Positions 26,153 to 32,000 of a DNA stretch of 32,000 nucleotides are shown in pieces. The position numbers and the translations under genes were made by a program. The stretch is from Cuniculiplasma divulgatum (GTDB taxonomy: Archaea > Thermoplasmatota > Thermoplasmata > Thermoplasmatales > Thermoplasmataceae): NCBI RefSeq assembly GCF_900083515.1, contig NZ_LT671858.1, positions 1,290,001 through 1,322,000 of the forward strand, written 5' to 3'. A model generated the notes under the pieces. The model searched no databases, was not told where the DNA came from, and saw nothing but the letters and a program-made list of their open reading frames with translations. Positions within the stretch are counted from its first letter, which is position 1. Each line of letters begins with the position of its first letter.

Positions 26153-27793
26153 TTAGTATGGTGGCATTCCGCCCATACCGCCCATTCCACCCATGCCTCC
26201 CTGGCCGCCGGGGGATGGCGCGCTCTTCTTGCTTGCTATGACATCATCTATTCTCAATATCATAGTAGCAACTTCCACTGCGCTTTCCAGTGCATGTCTT
26301 TTTACTTTAAGTGGATCGAATACTCCAATTGCATACATGTCAGAGACTTTGTTATCAGAGAAGTTAATTCCTGTGTTAATATTCTTCTTTTCATGCTCTG
26401 CCTTTAGCTGTATAAGGGTGTTGATAGGATCCATACCTGCATTTTCTGCCAGAGTTCTAGGTATAACCTCAAGAGCCTTGGCAAAAGCATCTATAGCGAG
26501 TTGCTCTCTTCCGCCAACACTGGCAGCATATGATCTTATTCTCAATGAAAGTTCTGATTCCACTGCTCCGCCACCTGGAAGTATTTTTCCGTCTTCCTTT
26601 GTAATTGCAACAACTCTTATGGCGTCATTAAGTGCTCTTTCGATCTCAGACACAACATGTTCGGTTCCACCTCTGATAAGTATACTTACTGCTTTTGGAT
26701 TGCTGCATCCGGTTACAAATGTCATTCTGTCGTCGCCTATCTTTTTCTCTTCTACCTTCTTTGCTGAACCAAGATATGATGCTGAAAGATCGTCGAGATT
26801 TGTAACAAGTTTTGCGCCAGTCGCCTTTGCAAGTTTTTCCATGTCACTCTTCTTGACTCTTCTTACTGCATAAATACCTTCTTTCGCAAGATAGTGCTGA
26901 GCAATGTCATCTATACCTTTCTGGCATAGAACCACATTTGCGCCACTCTTTTTTATCTTGGAAACCATTTCTTTGAATGTGTCAACTTCCTGATCTAGAA
27001 AATCCTGTATTTTAGAAGGATCTGAAATTTGGACCTTTGCCTCTATTTCTGTCTTCTTTATTTCCAATGCTGAGTCAATAAGTGCTATCTTTGCATCGTT
27101 AACTACAGAAGGCATCTTGGAATGAACTTTTTCCTTATCTATGACAAGCCCCATAATTAGTTCTGTCTCGTTTACACTTCCTCCACTCTTCTTATCAATC
27201 TTTATGCTGGATGGTTCAACTGTGAACTTATGATTCTTTTCTTCAGCCACAGCATTTACTGCTTTTACAATTAATTTATATAGCATGTCTCCGCCTAGCC
27301 CTATGTTCTTACCTGAAAGTGCAGTTCTTGCAACCTGTTCAAGAGATTTGTCGTCCTTTACATCCTTTGCGATGGCGTCTAACTCCTTCTTTGCCTGATT
27401 TACGGCCAGTCTGTATCCATTTGCAATAACTGTTGGATGTACTCCCTGTTCAAGAAGTTCCTCTGCCTGCTTTAGGAATTCGCCCGCAAGTACAACTGAG
27501 GTTGTGGTTCCATCTCCAACTGCTGTATCCTGTGACTTTGCAACTTCCACTATCATCTTTGCTGTAGGATGATCTACATCCATTTCTTTCAGAATGGTTG
27601 CCCCATCATTGGAAATAATAATATCTCCAATCGAATCTACAAGCATCTTGTCCATTCCCTTCGGTCCAAGAGTTGTCCTCACAGCCTCGGCAATGGCTTT
27701 TGCTGCATCTATATTATTTTTCTGTGCATTCTTACCCTGATCCCTGCTTGTACCTTCCTTTAATATAAATATCGGCATTTGTCCGTTTAACAT
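26153..27793 (-). CDS. ths: Thermosome subunit (group II chaperonin)
   Basis: [23 protein letters not shown] and a C-terminal [18 protein letters not shown] tail. Confidence 0.96.
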   Translation of the reverse strand: MLNGQMPIFILKEGTSRDQGKNAQKNNIDAAKAIAEAVRTTLGPKGMDKMLVDSIGDIIISNDGATILKEMDVDHPTAKMIVEVAKSQDTAVGDGTTTSVVLAGEFLKQAEELLEQGVHPTVIANGYRLAVNQAKKELDAIAKDVKDDKSLEQVARTALSGKNIGLGGDMLYKLIVKAVNAVAEEKNHKFTVEPSSIKIDKKSGGSVNETELIMGLVIDKEKVHSKMPSVVNDAKIALIDSALEIKKTEIEAKVQISDPSKIQDFLDQEVDTFKEMVSKIKKSGANVVLCQKGIDDIAQHYLAKEGIYAVRRVKKSDMEKLAKATGAKLVTNLDDLSASYLGSAKKVEEKKIGDDRMTFVTGCSNPKAVSILIRGGTEHVVSEIERALNDAIRVVAITKEDGKILPGGGAVESELSLRIRSYAASVGGREQLAIDAFAKALEVIPRTLAENAGMDPINTLIQLKAEHEKKNINTGINFSDNKVSDMYAIGVFDPLKVKRHALESAVEVATMILRIDDVIASKKSAPSPGGQGGMGGMGGMGGMPPY

Positions 27794-27845
27794 CTTTTTT
27801 CCTCCTTATTTCTACTTGGTAAATTTGTTCTTCAATATAAATTTT
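27794..27845 (-). promoter_or_regulatory. Thermosome promoter and 5' leader: TATA box TTTATATT (27834-27841) and Shine-Dalgarno GGAGG (27801-27805)
   Basis: Minus strand reads AAAATTTATATTGAAG...AATAAGGAGGAAAAAAAGATG. The TATA centre lies about 45 nt from the ATG, which predicts a leader of about 18 nt containing the SD. Confidence 0.45.
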
Positions 27846-27933
27846 ATGCATATTTTTACGATAAAAATTCTGTAATTGAACCATTCATCTATCCTTAGCT
27901 TGGTTACATTTCTTAATAGTAAAAATGAAAATA

Positions 27934-27953
27934 AAATTGATAGATATCAATTT
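27934..27953. repeat. Near-perfect 20-bp palindrome AAATTGATA-GA-TATCAATTT
   Basis: Nine of nine arm positions pair around a 2-nt centre. It lies between the thyX-like stop (27997) and the thermosome promoter. Confidence 0.7.
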
Positions 27954-27996
27954 CAACAGCCATGTTCAGCAGGAAACATTACTTTTTGAATCAATT

Positions 27997-29490
27997 TCAT
28001 AATTTTTTAATTTTTTCCTCTTTTCTGTATTCCTGGAAAAATCTACCCAGTGGATACTTACCATAATCAACGAATTTGAATAGTGGCTTAAATTCTGGCT
28101 CCTGATCCAGAAATGTGCCAACCATTTTAATTGCAGTTTCCCTAAGATCTGGGTGTGACTGGGGAGTTGATCTTAATTCGCTGAAATATGCCAGTTCCCT
28201 GAGATTTGTATTAACAAGTATCTCATAATTCGTGCAATATGGTAACACATATTGTGCCAGTTTTCCACCAGAATCCTTCCTTATGTGAATATAGAGTTTT
28301 CCTACATCGTCTAATAATTGTTTCATTCTGGATGAAAGATCGGGATTATTGGAAACATATTCTGGAATATAATAACCATGTTCGGGAGTAATATCTTTCC
28401 TTAATATACTCATAAATCTGTGCCTCTGGAACTCCCTGAAAGCGCCATAATTCATAACGATCCTGTATGTCAGATTAATAAACTCAAACGCCCTTGGTAA
28501 TTTATCTCTTCGGCTCCTTCTTTCATCGGCAATTAAGTCTATTATGTCTTTCTTATTCTGGCCAATGTAAGTGGGATTAGAGAAGCATAAAATATTTCCT
28601 ATATTTGATGTTTGCTTTTTATTATATTCTGTTAAGGTTACATCTACTGAATTAATTCCTTTTCCATCTGTACTTGAAAGGGATTGAGTATCTTTCTGTT
28701 CAATTCCGGGCTCATGATTTTTGGTGTAACGGGGATCTCTAGCGGACTTTACTAGATTTTCAAACTCGCTGAAGAGTTCGTCATAAAGTAGATCAGAAAT
28801 TTCCTTCGCTTCTGGTATTCCGCTTTGATCCAGTTTTTGGATTAGATGAATGAATGCCCTGATATTTCCGGATATGCCCATATTCGTCAGGGTGCTGGAA
28901 GGAAGGATTGCCCTCATGTCATCCAGTGTTCTTGATCTAACGGCAGTTTCATAGGCCTTTGAAGCTGAATCTTCCCCTTCAGTTTGGAAACTCGAAAGTG
29001 GAAAATCTGTTTTTAAATTCTCCTTAATTATTGGAATTCCATATGAATAGAATTCAAATAATTTTTCCATTAAGGAATTATACTCACCTTCAAATTTTTT
29101 CGCAATACCAGTCTTTTCAAAATCAAGAAATAGGTATTTTCCATCTACTTTTTTTTCATAGCTAACATATCTTGAGGATTTTTCAAGATAGGATAAACCA
29201 ACCCTGCATTCCTCGATTAACTTTGTTACTATATTTGATATCCCCTGTATGCCTATTTGAATCGATATTAATTCAGCTACAGATTCATCGCCATACTCCA
29301 GAAATACCCGCTCATAAAATTTCTTACCTCTGTCTGGATTTTCCTGAAATTCCTTTTTATAAAGTTCCCTTATATCAAGCGATGATGTCCTGCTATACCT
29401 TGATAATAGCGCCCCTCTATCTACCTGATTTTCCATTTTTAAAATAAAAACCCTTTTATCCGGATTAGAAAAAAAATTGTCAGAAGTCAT
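27997..29490 (-). CDS. thyX: ThyX-like flavin-dependent thymidylate synthase, tandem (two-domain) form
   Basis: 497 aa, about twice the usual ThyX size. The C-terminal half has FQRHRFMS (RHRxxS) and NLRELAYFSELR..SH, matching NARSLMNFLNLRADSH of T. maritima ThyX. The N-terminal half has LSRYSRTS, YGDESVAE and KSSRYVSY but no RHR. Confidence 0.75.
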   Translation of the reverse strand: MTSDNFFSNPDKRVFILKMENQVDRGALLSRYSRTSSLDIRELYKKEFQENPDRGKKFYERVFLEYGDESVAELISIQIGIQGISNIVTKLIEECRVGLSYLEKSSRYVSYEKKVDGKYLFLDFEKTGIAKKFEGEYNSLMEKLFEFYSYGIPIIKENLKTDFPLSSFQTEGEDSASKAYETAVRSRTLDDMRAILPSSTLTNMGISGNIRAFIHLIQKLDQSGIPEAKEISDLLYDELFSEFENLVKSARDPRYTKNHEPGIEQKDTQSLSSTDGKGINSVDVTLTEYNKKQTSNIGNILCFSNPTYIGQNKKDIIDLIADERRSRRDKLPRAFEFINLTYRIVMNYGAFREFQRHRFMSILRKDITPEHGYYIPEYVSNNPDLSSRMKQLLDDVGKLYIHIRKDSGGKLAQYVLPYCTNYEILVNTNLRELAYFSELRSTPQSHPDLRETAIKMVGTFLDQEPEFKPLFKFVDYGKYPLGRFFQEYRKEEKIKKL

Positions 29491-29494
29491 ATTT

Positions 29495-29986
29495 CTATTC
29501 CTTCATCGGTACGAAATAGACGTCTGTAGGACTAAAAGTAAGATTTCTCTTGAATTTTGCTCTTACTTTCATGCCTATTTTTAAATCTTCCTGAGACGCT
29601 CCTATCAGTCTAGCCATGAACAGAGAATCAACACCCTCAAACTCCACCATAATAAGGTTAAACGGAGTTTCAGGAAGAAACTTTTCACTTCCAAAGTAAC
29701 AAGTTGTAAATGTGTGGATTCTCCCCTCGTTTGGTAATTCATGCCACTCTGTTTCTGAACCACAAAACATGCAATGTCCCCTTGGTGTTGCATATACATA
29801 TCCGCAGCTCTTGCATTTGCTACCCATCAGTTTCTTTTTTCCCAGTGCCCTGAAGAATTCTGAATCCTGTGCATAACTGTGGATGTAATCTATTTCATAG
29901 CTGGATTTTACAATAAGTGGATCAGTGTTGTATACCTCCGTTCCACTCTGAGTTTCTGGCATTTTTGCATCATAATCTATGGTCAT
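29495..29986 (-). CDS. DUF35 family Zn-ribbon/OB-fold protein (acyl-CoA enzyme partner)
   Basis: 163 aa. Rubredoxin-like CKSCGYVYATPRGHCMFCGS followed by an OB-like C-terminal part (GRIHTFT..., VEFEGVD...MARL...G..V). The ATG overlaps the stop of the upstream thiolase-like gene. Confidence 0.84.
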   Translation of the reverse strand: MTIDYDAKMPETQSGTEVYNTDPLIVKSSYEIDYIHSYAQDSEFFRALGKKKLMGSKCKSCGYVYATPRGHCMFCGSETEWHELPNEGRIHTFTTCYFGSEKFLPETPFNLIMVEFEGVDSLFMARLIGASQEDLKIGMKVRAKFKRNLTFSPTDVYFVPMKE

Positions 29987-31245
29987 TTTACCGCCTCCAT
30001 AATTGATACAGTTACATAAGTACCCGTTCCAGCGTGACTGTGAATAAGTCCTCTCTTGGCATTCTTTACCTGAAGCGCGTCGTCCTTGAAATGCTTCTTT
30101 ATGGAATGTTGCAGTTGCCAGAACATGAAAACAGATTGCATTATTCCAGTTGCACCCACTGGATGCCCTGAAGCCAGCAACCCACCAGATGGATTTACAG
30201 CAACTTTCCCGTTAATATCTGCTTTTCCTTCTTCCACGAAATGTCCTCCCTCTCCGTATTTGCACAAACCAAGATCTTCGTATGTCTGTATCTCTGAGGA
30301 TGTATACGCATCATGTAACTCTACCACATCGATCTCTTCCAGTGGGTCTGTAATGCCTGCATTTTTGTAAGCCTCTATTGCCGCAGACCTTCCTGCTCTA
30401 AATGAGTGAACACCTGGATATTTTAGATTTTTATAATCTGATTCTTTCTCATTAGCCAGAAGCGGAACCTTCAACATTGGTCTGTCAGATAGACGCATTG
30501 TGTCTGTTCCGGTTCCAATACCCGTAATTTTAACTGGATGGTCAGACATTTCGAATGCTTTTTCTTCCGATGCAAGTATAGCAACAGCCGCTCCATCTGA
30601 CATTGTACAGACGTCGAGTCTTGTAAGCGGATATGATACCATCTGAGAATTTCTCACGTCTTCAACTGTGATTTTCATCGGACTTTGTGAATAGGGATTG
30701 TGTATTGCATTGCCGTGATTCTTTACAGATACCTTTGCAAGCTGTTCTACTGTTGTCCCGAACTCGTGCATGTGTCTTACGGCCATCATAGCATAATAAC
30801 CCGTGTAAAAACCTCCAACCGGATAGTCAAAGTTTGTATCGCTTGCAAGTGCTATGAATTCATTCCCTTTCCATGTATTCACATGAGACATTGTTTCAAA
30901 CCCATAAACAGCACATACATCCATTCTTCCTGAGGCAACTTCTTCCACTCCAGTTTGAAACGCCAGTCCACCTGTCGCACCTCCCCCTTCAACTCTTTTA
31001 CTTGGTTTGGGGGTTAGTGCAAGATAATCCTGTGCCATAATTCCTGACATTAATTGTCTCTGAAAATGATCAGAGAAGTATGAAGCTACAGAGCCGTCAA
31101 TATCTTTCACGCTGATTCCAATGTCATTCAGGGCATAATCAAAGGCCTTCTTTGTTCTCAATCTAAAATCCATTGCAGGGTTAGACTTAGTAAACTTTGT
31201 CACCCCTCCTGAAACCATATATACATCTCTTCCGCCATTTTTCAT
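29983..31245 (-). CDS. SCP2/archaeal-type thiolase-fold protein, apparently without the catalytic cysteines
   Basis: Full-length resemblance to SCP2-type thiolases: RDVYMVSGGVTKF, GFETMS, VVELHDAYTSSEIQTYEDLGLC and NPSGGLLASGHPVGATG. The nucleophile position reads VEGGGATGG and the HDCF motif reads HDAY. Confidence 0.85.
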   Translation of the reverse strand: MKNGGRDVYMVSGGVTKFTKSNPAMDFRLRTKKAFDYALNDIGISVKDIDGSVASYFSDHFQRQLMSGIMAQDYLALTPKPSKRVEGGGATGGLAFQTGVEEVASGRMDVCAVYGFETMSHVNTWKGNEFIALASDTNFDYPVGGFYTGYYAMMAVRHMHEFGTTVEQLAKVSVKNHGNAIHNPYSQSPMKITVEDVRNSQMVSYPLTRLDVCTMSDGAAVAILASEEKAFEMSDHPVKITGIGTGTDTMRLSDRPMLKVPLLANEKESDYKNLKYPGVHSFRAGRSAAIEAYKNAGITDPLEEIDVVELHDAYTSSEIQTYEDLGLCKYGEGGHFVEEGKADINGKVAVNPSGGLLASGHPVGATGIMQSVFMFWQLQHSIKKHFKDDALQVKNAKRGLIHSHAGTGTYVTVSIMEAVK

Positions 31246-31412
31246 AATTTCACTGTTCTTTTATGATATCTTTATATTAAAAAGTTAGTTTGATTTAATT
31301 AGCTTCCAAAACTCATTAATTATATATAAAATGCATTATATTTATATAAATTGAGACAATATTCTACATAGAAAAAGATTAAGTTTTGAACCAGATATGG
31401 CTTTGAGTCAAA

Positions 31413-32000
31413 ATGCAAAGCTCAAAAAAAGGTAGCTCCGTTAAGTGGATTGCCGCAATTGTGGTGATTATAGTAATTGTTGCAGGATTGGGTATTTTAT
31501 TTTTTGATAAGCCCGCAAAAAAGCAAACGATTAATGTTATGGTAGATAGTGGAAGTATGACAGAATCATATTTGAAAGCTGTGGCTCAACAGTTTGAGAA
31601 GAAAAATCCAAACGTGAATGTACAGATTAACTCCGTTGGATATTCAGATATGACAACAACTGCACTTGCCGCTCTTCAGGGAAAAACATCGCCTCCAAAT
31701 ATATTTATGTACTATGCCTCCCAGGCCCCAGCCCTGGCTCCGTATCTCTATAATCTAAACAGTTCACTTGGGCAGAAATATCTGAACTCTGCAAATTTCC
31801 TATCAGGTGATTTGGCATCAGGTTCTTATGCACCCAATGCAACTGGAAATGGTTATAACTTTATAGGAATACCAATTCATACTGTTGTTGGTTATATACT
31901 CGTGTATAACAAGACAGTTTTCAATAACGCAACACTTGAAAAGGGATTCTATGATCAGTATCACTATAATATTACACCTTCTAAACTGGGCAACTGGACA
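31413..32000 (+). CDS. ABC transporter extracellular solute-binding protein (sugar-type), membrane-anchored; 3' end beyond the window
   Basis: The open frame runs from ATG 31413 to the window edge and is not in the ORF track because no stop is reached. It starts MQSSKKGSSVKWIAAIVVIIVIVAGLGILFF (N-terminal anchor). Then comes INVMVDSGSMTESYLKAVAQQFEKKNPNVNVQIN, typical of family-1 solute-binding proteins. Multiple N-x-S/T sequons are present. Confidence 0.68.
   Translation, partial: MQSSKKGSSVKWIAAIVVIIVIVAGLGILFFDKPAKKQTINVMVDSGSMTESYLKAVAQQFEKKNPNVNVQINSVGYSDMTTTALAALQGKTSPPNIFMYYASQAPALAPYLYNLNSSLGQKYLNSANFLSGDLASGSYAPNATGNGYNFIGIPIHTVVGYILVYNKTVFNNATLEKGFYDQYHYNITPSKLGNWT

Noticed and set aside
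26160-26215. GC-rich 9-nt tandem repeat, (ccgcccata)-like on the plus strand
   Set aside because: It is not a CRISPR or satellite. It encodes the [13 protein letters not shown]-terminal tail characteristic of chaperonins.
26193-26873. 226-aa ORF on the plus strand
   Set aside because: It lies entirely antisense to the well-supported thermosome gene. Its low-complexity Ser/Ala/Leu-rich translation is typical of a shadow frame.
1-32000. Search for defence islands, CRISPR arrays, toxin-antitoxin pairs, prophage or IS elements
   Set aside because: Every ORF above about 100 aa except two (the wHTH protein and the 105-aa protein) has a recognisable housekeeping or metabolic family. No nuclease, helicase, ATPase or integrase candidates and no spacer-repeat periodicity were seen.

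Overview
AT-rich, densely packed archaeal chromosomal segment with 34 well-supported protein genes, two candidate small ORFs and one tRNA. Short intergenic spacers and many overlapping stop/start junctions are typical. The gene content is core housekeeping. It includes the conserved archaeal rpl7ae-rps28e-rpl24e-ndk-infB(aIF5B) cluster and a thermosome subunit with a (GGM)n tail. An RNA-processing cluster holds Csl4, an Sm-like protein and a METTL5-like methyltransferase. Central metabolism is represented by GTP-PEPCK, sucCD, argF, a P5C-dehydrogenase-type ALDH, a DapA/KDG-aldolase family enzyme, SpeH and LipB. LeuRS (5'-truncated by the window edge), TruA and tRNA-Arg(TCG) are also present. 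The archaea-specific genes, low GC and frequent GGAGG/GGTGA ribosome-binding sites suggest a Thermoplasmata-like archaeon; this is inference only. I found no CRISPR array, transposase, integrase, recognisable defence or toxin-antitoxin genes, and no sign of an integrated element at the tRNA. No multi-gene novel system is evident. The most unusual items are listed here. (1) A thiolase-fold protein that by manual alignment lacks both catalytic cysteines and is translationally coupled to a DUF35 protein. (2) A double-length ThyX-like protein whose two halves keep complementary parts of the ThyX active-site motif. (3) An uncharacterised 105-aa basic protein coupled by overlap to the METTL5-like methyltransferase, which carries NTPF instead of NPPF. 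(4) Two unannotated small ORFs joined to neighbours by ATGA overlaps. (5) Several palindromes and repeats in intergenic regions. All functional calls come from motif recognition by eye, with no database search.
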